Of a stretch of DNA of 64,000 nucleotides, positions 29,501 to 42,500 are shown one piece after another. Below the pieces are notes generated by a model that saw only the letters and a list, made by a program, of their open reading frames with translations, was not told the origin of the DNA and did not search any database. Position numbers and translations under genes: made by a program. Source of the stretch: Pristiophorus japonicus (Eukaryota); NCBI RefSeq assembly GCF_044704955.1, contig NW_027254419.1, positions 310,001 through 374,000 on the forward strand, given 5' to 3'. Every line of letters begins with the position of its first letter. Position 1 is the stretch's first letter.

Positions 29501-32500
29501 ACACTGACTAGTGTCTCTCAGTCCCTCTCCCTCTCACTGAGGTAGCTGTACACTGCCTGGTGTCTCTCAATCCCTTGTTTTGAGGGGCATATCTTTACAT
29601 GGACTGTAACTCTCAGCCCCTCTCCCTCAGGGAGATATCAGTACACTGACTGGTGTCTCTGAGTCCCTCTCCCTCAGGGTGATATCTGTACACTGACTGG
29701 TGTCTCTCAATCCCTCTCCCTCAGAGAGATATCTGTAAACTGAATGGTGTCTCTCAGTCTTTCCCCTCAGGGACATAACTATACACGGAATGGTGCCTCT
29801 TTCTCCCTCTCCCTCAGGAACATATCTGTACACTGACTGGTGTCTCTCAGTCCTTCCCTCTCAGAGGGATATCTGCACCGTGACTGGTGTCTCTCAGTCC
29901 CTCCCTTTCAGGGACTATCTGTACACTGACTGGTATCTCTCAGTCCATCTCCCTCAGGGACATATCAGTACACTGAGTTGTATCTCTCAGTCCCTCCCTC
30001 TCAGTGTGATATCTGTACACTGACTGTTGTCTCTCAGTCCCTCCCTCTCAGGTAGATTCCTGTACACTGACTGGTGTCTCTCAGTCCCTCTCCCTCACGC
30101 AGATATCAGTACACTGACTGGTGTCTCTCAGTCCCTCTCCCTCACGGAGATATCTATACACTGACCAGTGTCATTCTGCCCCCTCTCCCTCAGGGACATA
30201 TCTGAACAGTGACTGGAATCTCTCAGTCCCTCTCCCTCAGGGTGATATCTGTGCACTGAATGGTGTCTCTCAGTACTACTTCTCAGTGTGATATCTGAAC
30301 ACTAACTGGTGTCTCTCAGTCCCTCTCCTTCAGAGAGATATCTGTACACTGACTGGTTTCTCAATCCCTCTCCCTCATGGAGATATTTGTACACAGACCG
30401 GTGTCATTCTGTCCCCTCGCCCTCAGCGCGATATCTGTATACTGGTTGGTGGCACGAAGTCCCCAATCTCTTAGGAAGGTGTCTGTACACTGACTGGTGT
30501 ATCTCAGTCCACTCACACTCAGGGAGATATCTGTACACTCACTGGTATCTTGCAGTCCCTCTCCCTCCGGGAAATATCTGTACTCTGACTGATGTCTCCC
30601 GTCTCTCTGTCACTCAGGGAGATATCTGGACACTGTCTCTTCACAAAGTCCCTCTCCCTCAGGGACATATCTGTACACTGAATGGTGCCTCTTTCTCCCT
30701 CTCCCTCAGGGAGATATCTGTACACTGAATGGTGTATCTCAGTACCTCCTTCTCAGTGTTATATCTGAACACTGACTGGTGTCTCTCAGTCCCTCTCCCT
30801 TAGGGAAATATCTGTACACTGACTGGCGTCTCTCAGTCCCTCCCTTTCAGGGAGATAGCTTTTCACTGACGGTTGTCTCTAAGTCCCTCTCCCTCAGGAC
30901 GCATATGCACACTGACTGTGTATCTCAGTGCCGCTCCCTCAGGCAGATATCTATAGACTGACTGGTGTTTCTTCGTACCTCCCTCTCAGGCTAATATCTG
31001 TAAACTGACTCGTGTCTCTCAGTCCCTCACTCTCAGGAAGATATCTGTACACTCACTGATGTCTTGTAGTCCCTCTCCTTCAGGGAGATTGCTCTATACT
31101 GACTGCTGTCTCTCAATCCCTCTCCGTCAGGGATATATCTGTATACTGACTGGTGTCTCTAAGTCTCCAATCTCTCAGGGAGACATCTGTACACTGACTG
31201 GTGACTCTCAGTCCACTATCTGTCAGGGAGATATCTGTACACTGACTGGTGTCTCTCAGTCCCTCTCCCTCAGGGAGATATCTGTACACTGACTGGTGTC
31301 TCTCAGTCCCTCTCCCTCAGGGAGATATCTGTACACTGACTGGTATCTCTCAGTCCGTCCCTCTCAGAGTGATATCTGTACACTGACTGGTGTCTCTCAG
31401 TCCCTCTCCCTCAGGGAGATATCTGTACACTGATTGGTGTCTCTCAGTCCCTCTCCTTCTCGGAGATATCTGTACACTGACCAGTGTCATTCTGTGCCCT
31501 CTCCCTCAGTGAGATTCCTGTACACTGACTTGTGTCTCTCAGTCTTTCTCTTTCAGGGGCATATCTGAAAACTGATTGGTATCTCTCAGTCCCTCTACCT
31601 CAGGTAGATATCAGCACTCTCACTGGTATCTCTCAGTCTCTCTCTCTCAGGGAGATGTCTGTTCACTGACTGTTGTCTCTCAGTCTCGCTCCCTCATGGT
31701 GATATCTGTACACTGACTGGTGTCTCTCAGTCCCTCTCCCTCAGGAAGATATTTGAACACTGATATCTCTCAGTCTCTCTGTCTTTGGGAGATATCGGTA
31801 CACTGGCTGGTCTCGCAGTTCCTGTGCCTCAGGGACATTTCTGTTCACTGACTGGTGTCTCTCAGTCCCTTTCCCCCATGGACATATCTGTACACGGACT
31901 GGTGTCTCTCAGTCGCTCTCCTCAGGGAGATATCTGCAGTGACTGGTATCTAAGTCGCTCTCCATCATGAACATATCTATACATTGACTGGTGTCTCTCA
32001 GTTCCTCTCGCCCAGGGATAGATATGTAAGATGACGTGTATCTCTCAGTCCATCTCCCTCATGGAGATATCTGTACACTGTCTTGTGTCTCTCATTCCCT
32101 GCCTCTGAGGGTGATATCTGTAAACTGAATGGTGTCCCTCAATCCTTCACTCTCATGGAGATATCTGTACACTGACTTGAGTCTCTCAGTCCCTCTCCCT
32201 CCGGGTGATATCTGTTCACTGACTGGTGTCTCCCTATCCCTTTCCTTGAGAGGGATATCTGTACAGTGACTGATGTGTATCAGTCACTCAGTCTCTCAGG
32301 GATATATCTGTACACAGACTGGTGCCTCTCAGTCCTTCTCCCCCTGGGAGATATCTGTATACTGACTGGTGTCTCAGTCCCACACCCTCAGGGACATATC
32401 AGGACACTGAGTTGCATCTCTCAGTCACTCTCTATTAGAGTGATATCTGTACACTGAATGGTGTCTCTCAGTCCATCTCCCTAAGTGAGATATCTGTACA

Positions 32501-35500
32501 TTGACTGGTGTCTCTCATTCCCTCTCCCTCAGGGAGATATCTGTACACTGACTGATGTCTCTCAGTCCATCTCCCTCACGGAGATATCTCTACACTGAGC
32601 AGTGTCATATTGTCCCCTCTCCCTTCGGGAGATATCTGTACACTGACAGGTGTCTCTCAGTCCCTCTCTTTCAGGGACATATCTGAACACTGACTGGTAT
32701 CTCTCAATCCCTCTCACTCAGGGAGATATCTGTAAACTGAATGGTGTCTCTCAGTCCTTCCCCTCATGGAGATATCTGTGCACTGACTGGAGTCTCTCAG
32801 TCGCGGTCCCGCAGGTTGATATCTGTACACTGACTGGTGTCTCTCAGTTTCTCTCCCTCATGGACATATCTGTATACAGACTGGTGCCTCTCAGTTTCTC
32901 TCCCTCATGGACATATCTGTACACTGTCTGGTGTCTCCAAGTCGCTCTCCTTCATGGACATATCTGTACATTGAGTCGTGTCTCTCGGTTCCTCTTTCTC
33001 AGGGATAGATATGTACACTTACGGGGTATCTCTCAGTCCATCTCCCTCAGGGAGATATCTGTACACTGACTGGTGTCTCTCAATCCTTCACTCTCATGGA
33101 GATATCTGTACACTGACTGGTGTCTCTCAGTCCTTCTCTCTCAGGGACTCATCTGTACACTGACTGGTATCTCTCAGTCCCTCTCCCCCAACGACATATC
33201 TGTACACTGATTGGTGTCTCTGAGTCCCTGTCTCTCAGGGTGATATCTGTACACTGACTGGTGTCTCTCAGTCCCTCCCACTCAAAGGGATATCTGTACA
33301 CTGTCTGGTGTCTCTCAGTCCCTCTCCCTCAGGGGTAATCTGTACACTGGCTGGCGGCTCTCAATTGCCCCTCTCAGGGAAATGTCTGTGTACAGACTGG
33401 TGTCTCTAAATCACTCTCCCTCAGGGTGATATCTGTACACTGACTGCTGTCTCTCAATCCCTCTCCCTCAGAGAGATATATGCAAACTGAATGGTGTCTC
33501 TCAGTCCTTCTCCTCAGGGACATATCTGTACACTGAATGGTGCCTCTTTCTCCCTCTCCATCAGGGACATATCTGTACACTGACTGGTGCCTCTCAGTCC
33601 CTCTCCTTCAGGGTGATATTTGGGCACTGACTGGTGTTTCTCAGTCCCTCCCACTCACAGGGATATCTGTACATTGTCTGGTGTCTCCAAGTTGCTCTCC
33701 CTCATGGACATATCTGTACATTGAGTGGTGTCTCTCGGTTCCTCTTGCTCAGGGATAGATATGTACACTGACGGGGTATCTCTCAGTCCATCTCCCTCAG
33801 GGAGATATCTGTACACTGACTGGTGTCTCGCATTCCCTGCCTCTGAGGGTGATATCTGTACACTGACTGGTGTCTCTCAGTCACTCTCTCACAGGTAGAT
33901 TTCTCTACAATCACTGATGTATTGCAATCCCTCTCCCTCAGGGGGATATCTGTACACTGACTGCTTTCTCTCTGTCCCTCTCCCTCAGGGAGATATCTGT
34001 ACACTGACTGGTGTCCCTCAGTCCCTCTCTTTCAGGGACATACCTGAACAGTGACTGGTATCTCTCAGTCCCTCTCCCTCAGGAAGATATCTGTACTGAA
34101 TGGTGTCTCTCAGTACTCCTTCTCAGTGTGATATCTTAACACTGACTGGTGTCTCTCAGTCCCTCTCCTTCAGAGAGATATCTGTGGACTGACTGGTTTC
34201 TCAATCCCTCTCCCTCATGGAGATATTTGTACAGAGACCGGTGTCATTCAGTCCCCTCTCCCTCAGCGCGATATCTGTATACTGATTGGCGCCTCGAAGT
34301 CCCCAATCTCTGAGGAAGGTGTCTCTACACTGACTGGTGTATCTCAGTCCACTCACACTCAGGGTGATATCTGTACACCCACTGGTATCTTGCAGTCCCT
34401 CTCCCTCAGGGAGATATCTGTACTCTGACTGATGTCTCCCGTCTCTCTGTCTCTCAGGGAGATATCTGGACACTGACTCTTCACAGAGTTCCTCTCCCTC
34501 AGGGACTTATCTGTACACTGAATGATGCCTCTTTCGCCCTCTCCCTCAGGGAGATATCTGTACACTGAATGGTGTCTCTCAGTACCTCCTTCTCAGTGTA
34601 ATATCTGAACACTGACTGGTGTCTCTCAGTCCCTCTCCCTCAGGGAGATATCTGTACACTGACTGGCGTCTCTCAGTCCCTCCCTTTCAGGGAGATAGCT
34701 TTTCACTGACTGTTGTCCCGAAGTCCCTCTACCTCAGGAGACATCTTTACACTGACTGGTGTCTCTCAGTGCCTCTCCCTCAGGCAGATATCAGTAGACT
34801 GACTGGTGTTTCTCAGTATCTCCCTCTCAGGCTAATATCTGTGCACTGACTGGAGTCTCTCAATCCCTCTCCCTCAGGGAAATATCAGAACACTGACTGG
34901 TGTCTCTCAGTCCCTCTCCCTCAGGGAGATATCTGTACACTGACTGGCGTCTCTCAGTCCCTCCCTTTCAGGGACATAGCTTTTCACTGACTTTTGTCTC
35001 GAAATCCCTCTGCCTCAGGACACATCTGTACACTGACTGGTGTCTCTCAGTCTTTCTCTTTCAGGGACATATCTGAAAACTGACTGGTATCTCTCAGTCC
35101 CTCTATCTCAGGTAGAAATCTGCACTCTCACTGGTATCTCTCAGTCTCTCGCTCTCAGGGAGATATCTGTTCACTGATTGCTGTCTCTCAGTCCCGCTCC
35201 CTCATGGTGATATCTTTACAATGACTGGTGTCTCACAGTCCCTCTCCCTCAGGAAGATATTTGTACACTGATATCTCTCAGTCACTCTGTCTCTCAGGGA
35301 GATATCGGTGCACTGGCTGGTCTCGCAGTTCCTGTGCCTCAGGGACATTTCTGTTCACTGACTGGTGTCTCTCAGTCCCTTTCCCCCATGGACATATCTG
35401 TACACGGACTGGTGTCTCTCAGTCGCTCTCCTCAGGGAGATATCTGCAGTGACTGGTATCTAAGTCGCTGTCCATCAGGAACATATCGATACATTGACTG

Positions 35501-38500
35501 CTGTCTCTCAGTTCCTCTCGCCCAGAGATATATATGTGCACTGGTGGGTATCTCTCAGTCCCTCTCCCTCAGGGAGAGGTCTGTACACTAACTGATGTCT
35601 CTCAATCTCTGCCCTGAGGGTGATATCTGTACACTGACTGGTGTCTCTCAGTCCCTCTCCCTCACGGAAATATCTGTACACTGACTGGCGTCTCTCAGTT
35701 GCTCGCTCTCAGGAAGATATCTGTACACTGGCTGGTGTCTCTCAATCCATCTCCCTCATGGTGATAACTTTACATTGACTGGTGTCTCTCAGTCCCTCTC
35801 CCTCAGGGAGATATCTATACACTGACTGATGACTCTCAGTCGCTCTGACTCTCAGAGAGATATCATTAAACTGGCTGGTCTTTCAGTCCCTCTCTCTCAG
35901 GGACATATCTGCACACTGACTGGTGTCTCTCTGTCCCCCTCCGTCAGGGACATACATGTAAACTGATTGCTGTCTCTCAGTCCCTCTCCCTCAGGGACAT
36001 ATCTATACACTGACTGGTGCCTCTCAGTCCCACTCCCACAGGGACATATCTGTAAACTGACTTGTATCTCTCAGTCGCTCACTCTCAGGGTGAAATCTGT
36101 ACACTGACTTGTTTTTCTCAATCCCTCCCTTTCAGGAAGATATCTGTACACTGACTGAAGTCGCTCAGTCAATCTGTCTCTCAGGGAGATATCTGTACAT
36201 TGACTGATGTCTCTGAGTCCCTCTCCCTCATGGAGATAGCTGTACACTGACTGGTGTCTCTCAGTCCCTCCCTCTCAGGGAGATATCTGTTCACTGACTG
36301 TGTCGCTCAGTCCACTCTCCCTCAGGGAGATAGCTGTACACTGACTGGAGTCTCTCAGTCCCTCTCCCTCAGTGAGATATCTGTCTCCCTGCCTCTCAGC
36401 GTGATATCTTTACACTGACTGGTGTCTCCCAGTTGCTCCCTCTCAGGGATATATCTGCACACTGACTGGTGTCTCTCAGTCTCTCAGGAAGATATCTGTG
36501 CACTGCCTGGTCCCACAGTCCCTCTCCCTCAGGGATATATCTGTACACTGACTGGTGTTCTCGGACCCACTACCTCAGGGAAATATTTGTACACTGACTG
36601 GTCTCTCTCAGTCCCTCCCTCTCACGGAGATATCTGTACAATGACTGGTGTCTCTCATTCCCTCTCTTTCAGGGGCATATCTGTACACTGACTGGTATCT
36701 CTCAGTTGCAATCCTCAGGGAGATACATGTACACTGACTGGTGTCCCTCAGTCTCTACATCTCATAGTGATATCTGTACACTGACTGGTGTCTCTCAGTC
36801 CCTCTCCCTCAGAAGAATATCTGGACACTGACTGGTGTCTCTCAGACGCACTCCAAAGGAGATATCTGTACACAAACAGTTGTCTCTCAGTCCCTCTCCG
36901 CCAGCGACATATCTGTACAATGACTGGTGCCCCTCAGTCTCTACCTCACAGGGTGATATCTGTACACTGACTGGTGTCTCTCAGTCCCTCTCCGTCACGG
37001 AGATATCTGTACACTGACTGGTGTCTCTAAGTACCTCCATCTCAGGGAGATGGCTGTACACTGGCTGCTGTCTCTCAGTCCATCTCCCTCACGGATATAT
37101 CTGTACACCGACCGGTGTCATTCAGTCCCCTCTCCCACAGGGAGATATCTGTAAACTGACTGTTGTCTCGAATCCCCAATCTCTCAGTGAGATATCTGTA
37201 CACTGACTGGTCACTCTCAGTCCCTTCCTCTCACGGAGATATCTATACACTGACTGGTGTCTCTCAGTCCCTGTCTTTCAGGTAGATATCTGTACACTGA
37301 CTGGTGTCTCTCAGTCCCTGCCTCTGAGGGTGATATCTGTACACTGGTGTCTCTGAATCCCTCACTCTAATGGAGATATCTGTACACTGAATGGTGTATC
37401 TCAGTCGATCACCCTCAGTGAGATATCTGTATTCTGACTGGTTTATCTCAGTTCCTCCCTCTCGGTGAGATGGATGTACTCTGACTGCTGTCTCTCAGCA
37501 CCTCTCCCTCAGTGAGATATCTGTACACTGACTGGTGTCTCTCACTCCCTGCCTCTGAGGGTGATATCTGTACACTGGTGTCTCTGAATCCCTCACTCTC
37601 ATGCAGATATCTGTACACTGAATGGTGTATCTCAGTCCCTCTTCCTCAGGGAGATATCTGCACTCTGACTGGTGTTTCTCAGTCCCTCTTTCTCAGGGAC
37701 ATATCTGAACACTGACAGGTATCTCACAGTCCCTCTCCCCCAGCAACATATCTGTACACTGACTGGTGTCTCTCAGTCCCTTCACTCCTAGGGTGATATC
37801 TGCACACTGACTGGTCTCTCTCAGTACCTCCTTCTCAGGGTGCTTTCTGGATGCTGACTGGTGTCTCTCAGTCCCTCTCCCTCAGGGAGACATCTGTACA
37901 CTGACAGGCGTCTCTCAGTCCCTCCCTCTCAGGGAGATATCTGTTCACTGATTGTGTCGCTCAGTCCACTCTCCCTCAGGGAGATATCTGTACATTGACT
38001 GGTGTCTCTCAGTCCCTCTCCCTCAGTGAGATATCTGTCCTCTGATTGATGTCTATCTGCCTCTCTACCTCTCAGGGATATATCTGTACACTGACTGGTG
38101 TCTCTTAATCCCTTTCCCTCAGGGAGACATCTGTACACTGACTGGCGTCTCTCAGATGCTCCCTCTCAGGAACATATCTGTGCACTGACTGGTGTCTCTG
38201 AGTCCCTCTCCCTCAGGGTGATATCTGTACGTTGACTGATGTATCTCAGTCTTTCTTTCTCTTAGGGTGATATCTGTACACTGAATTGTGTCTCTAAGTA
38301 GCCTCCCTCTCAGGGAGATAGCTGTACACAGACAGATGTATCTCAGTCCCTTTCTCTGAGGCAGATATCTGTCCACTGACTGGTGTCTCTCAGCCACTGC
38401 TTCTCAGGGAGCTATCAGTAAACTGACTGGAGTCTCTCAGTTCCTCTTCATCACGTTCATAGATGTACACTGACGGGTGTCTCTCAGTATCTATCCATTA

Positions 38501-38644
38501 ATGAGATATCTGTACACGGACTGGTGTCTGTCAATCCCTCTCCCTCAGGGAGATATCAGTACACTGGTGTCTCTCAGTACCTCCCTCTCAGAGTGATATG
38601 TAGACACTGACTGGTGTATCTCAGTCCCTCTCCCTCAGGGAGAT
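14546..38644. repeat. 47-bp satellite array, segment 2
   Basis: Same monomer. Internal block duplications include offset 3186 (27123/30309), 2895 (21889/24784) and 423 = 9 x 47 (28941/29364). Confidence 0.97.
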
Positions 38645-39537
38645 AGAAACATAGAAAATTGGAAAATAGATGCAGGTGTAGGCCATTCGGCCCTTAGAGC
38701 CTGCACTTCCATTAAATGTGTCCATGGCTGAACATGCAACCTCAGCTCCCCATTCCTGCTTTCTCGCCAATACCCCTTGATCCCCCGAGTAGTAAGCACT
38801 ACATCTAACTGCTTTTTGACTATATTTAGTGAACTGGCCTGAATAACTTTCTGTGGTAGAGAATTCCACAGGTTCACCAGTCTCTGGGTGAAGAAGCTTC
38901 ACCTCATCTCGGTCCTAAATGTGTTACCCCTTATCCTTAGACTGTGACCCCTGGTTCTGGACTCCCTCAACATTGGAAAAATTTTTCCTGCATCTAACCT
39001 GTCGAAACCCGTCAGAATTTTAAACGTTTCTATGAGATCCTCTCTCCTTCTTCTGAACTCAAGTGAATACAAGCCCAGTTGATCCAGATTTCTTGATATG
39101 TCAGTCCCGCCATCCGGGGAATCAGTCTGGTGAACCTTCGCTGCAATCCCTCAATAGCAAGAATGTCCTTCCTCAAGTTATGAGACCAAAACTTTCCGCA
39201 ATACTCCAGGTGTGGCCTCACCAAGGCCCTGTACAACTGTAGCAACACCTCTCTGCCCCTGTACTCAAATCCCCTCGCTATGAAGGCCAACATGCCATTT
39301 GCATTCTTAACCACCTGCTGTACCTGCATGCCAACCTTTAATGACTGATGTACCATGACACCCAGGTCTCGTTGCACCTACCCTATTCCAAATCTGTCAC
39401 CATTCAGCTATTAATCTGTCTCTCTGTTTTTACCCATCTAAGTGGATAACCTCACATTTATCGACGTTATACTTCATCTACCATGCATTTGCCCACTCAC
39501 CTAACCTATCCAATTCACTCTGCCGCCTCATAGCATC
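38645..39537 (-). mobile_element. CR1 LINE 3' fragment (~0.9 kb), same family as 11392-14545
   Basis: ORF 39030-39377 (GMQVQQVVKNANGMLAFIARGFEYRGREVLLQLYRALVRPHLEYC) closely matches ORF 11463-12212. The tail GAAACATAGAAA is at the left end. Confidence 0.95.
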
Positions 39538-42500
39538 TCAGTCCCTCTCTTTCAGGGACATATCTGTACACTGACTGGTGTCTCTCAGTCCATTTCCCTC
39601 AGGGACATATCTGTACAGTGACTGGTGTCACCCAGTCCTTCTCCCTCTGCGACATATCTGCATACTGACTGATCTCTCAGTCCCTCTCCCTCAGGGCGTT
39701 ATCTGTACACTGACTGGTGGCTCTCAATCCCTCTCCCTCAGGGAGATAGCAGCACAATGACTGCTGTCTCTCAGTCCCTCTCCCTCACGGAGATGTCTGT
39801 AAACTGACCGGTGTCATTCAGTCCCCTCTCACTCACGGAGATATCTGTATACTGGCTGTTGTCTCGAAGTACCGAATCTCTCAGGGAGATATCTGTACAC
39901 GGACTGGTGTCCCTCAGTCCTATCTACCTTAAGGAGATATCTGTACACAGACTGGTCCCTCTCCCTCAGGGAGATATCAGTAAACTGACTGGTGTCTCTC
40001 AGTCGCTCTCCCCGATGGACATATCTGTACATTGATTGGTGTGTCTCAGTTCCTCTCCCTCAGGGATATATATGTACACTGACGGTTATCTCTCAGTCCC
40101 TCTCCCTCAGGGAGAGGTCTGTACACTGACTGATGTCTCTCATTCCCTTCCTCTGAGGGTGATATCTGCACTCTGACTGGTGTCTGTCAATCCTCACTCT
40201 GATGGAGATATCTGTACACTGACTTGTGTCTCTCAGTGCCTCTCCCTCAGGGAGAGATCTGTACACTGACTGTTGTCTCTCAGTCCATCTCCCTCAGTAC
40301 ACAACTGTACACTGACTGGTATCTCTCATTCCCTCTTCACCAGAGACATGTTTGTACACTGTCTGTTGTCTCTCAGTCCCTCGCTCTCAGGGTGACATCT
40401 ATCACTGACTGTCGTCTCGCTGTCCCTCCCTCTCAGGGAGATATCTGTTCAATGACTGGTGTTGCTCAATCCACTTTCCCTCAGCGAGATATCTGTACAC
40501 TGACTGGTGTCTCTCAGTCTCTCTCACTCAGGGAGATATCTGTCCTCTGACTGGTGCCTCTCATTCCCTGCCTCTGAGGGTCATATCTGCATACTGACTG
40601 GTGTCTCTAAATCCCGCTCCCTCAAAGAGATATCTGTACACTGACTGTTGTCTCTCAGTCCCTCTCCCTCAGGACACATCTGTGGACTGACTGGTGTTTC
40701 TCAGTGCCTCTCCCTCAGGGAGTTATCTGTACACTGACTGGTGTCGCTCAGACCCCTCTCTCAGGACATATCTGTACACTGACTGGTCTCTCTCAGTACC
40801 TCCATCTCAGGGTGATATCTCGACACTGACTGGTGTCTCTCAGTCCCTCTCGCTCAGGGAGACATCTGTACATTGACCTGTCTCTCTCAGTACCTCCAAC
40901 TCAGGGAGATATCTGTTCACTGACTGTGTCGCTCAGTGCACTCTCCCTCAGGGAGATATCTGTACATTGACTGGTGTCTCTCAGTCCCTCTTCCTCATTG
41001 AGATATCTGTCCTCTGCCTGAAGTCTATCAGTCTCCCTGCCTCACAGGGTGATATCTGTACACTGACTGGTGTCTCTCAGTTGGTCCCTCTCAGGAAGAT
41101 ATCTGTACACTGACTGGTGTCTCTCAGTCATTCCCCCTCAGCGACATATCTGTACACTGACTGGTGTTCTCAGTCGCACTCCTCAAGGAGATATCTGTAC
41201 ACTTACTGGTATCTCTCAGTCCCTCTCCCCTAGCGATATATCTGTACACTGGCTGGTGTCTCTCAGTTCCTCACCCTCAGGGAGATATCTGTACACTGAC
41301 TGCAGTCACTCAGTACCTCCCTCTCAGTGAGATAGCTGTACACTGACTGGTGTCTCTCAGTCCCACTCCCTCACGGAGGTATCTGTACACCAAGCGATGT
41401 CATTCATTCCCCTCTCCCTCAGGGAGATATCTATATACTGACTGACGTCTCGAAAGCGCCAATCTCTCAGGAGATATCTGTACACTGACTGGTGTCTCTC
41501 ATTCAATACTTCCTCAGGTAGATATCTATACTCCGACTGTTGTCTCTCAGTCCCTTTCCTTCAGGACACATCTTTGCACTGACTGGTGTCTCTCAGTGCC
41601 TCTCCCTCAGGGAGATATCTGTACACTGACTGGTGTCTCTCAGTCCCTCTCTCTCAGGACATATCTGTACACTGACTGGTATCTCTCAGTCCCTCTCCCT
41701 TAGGGAGATATCTGTCCTCCAACTGATGTCTGTCAATCTCTCTGTCTCTCAGGGAGATATCTGTACCCTGACTGGTATCTGTCAGTCCCTCTCCCCAAGC
41801 GACATATCTGTGCACTGACTGGTGTCTTTCAGTACCTCCCTCTCAGGGAGATATCTGTACACTGACTGGTCTCTCAGTCCATTTCCCTCTGGGAGATATC
41901 TGTACACTGACTGGTGTCTCTCAATCCCTCCCTATCACTGAGTTATTTGTACACTGACTGGCGTCTCTCAGTCCCTCCATCTCAGGGTGATATCTGTACA
42001 CTGACTGATGACTCGCAGTCCCTCTCCCTCAGGACACATCTGTACACTGACTGGTATTACTATGTCCCTCTCCCCCAGCGACATATCTGTACACTGACTG
42101 GTGTCTCTCATTCCCTATACCTCAGGGAGAAATCTCTATATTGTCTGGTTTCTCTCAGTACCTCACTCTCAATGGTGAAATCTGTACACTGACTGGTGTC
42201 TCTCAGTCCCTATCCCTCAGGGAGATACCTGTAAACTGACTGGTGTCTCTCAGTACCTCACTCTCAAGGGTGATATCTCTACCCTGACTGGTGTCTCTCA
42301 GTCCCTCTCCCTCAGGGAGATATCTGTACACTGACTGGCGTCGCTCAGTCGCTCCCTCTCAGGGAGATATCTGTTCACTGACTGGTGTCTCTCAGTCCAC
42401 ACTCCCTCAGGAAGATATCTGTACATTCAATAATTTCTCTTAATCCCTCTCCATCAGGGAGATATCTATACACTGACTTATGTATCCCAGTACCTCCCTC

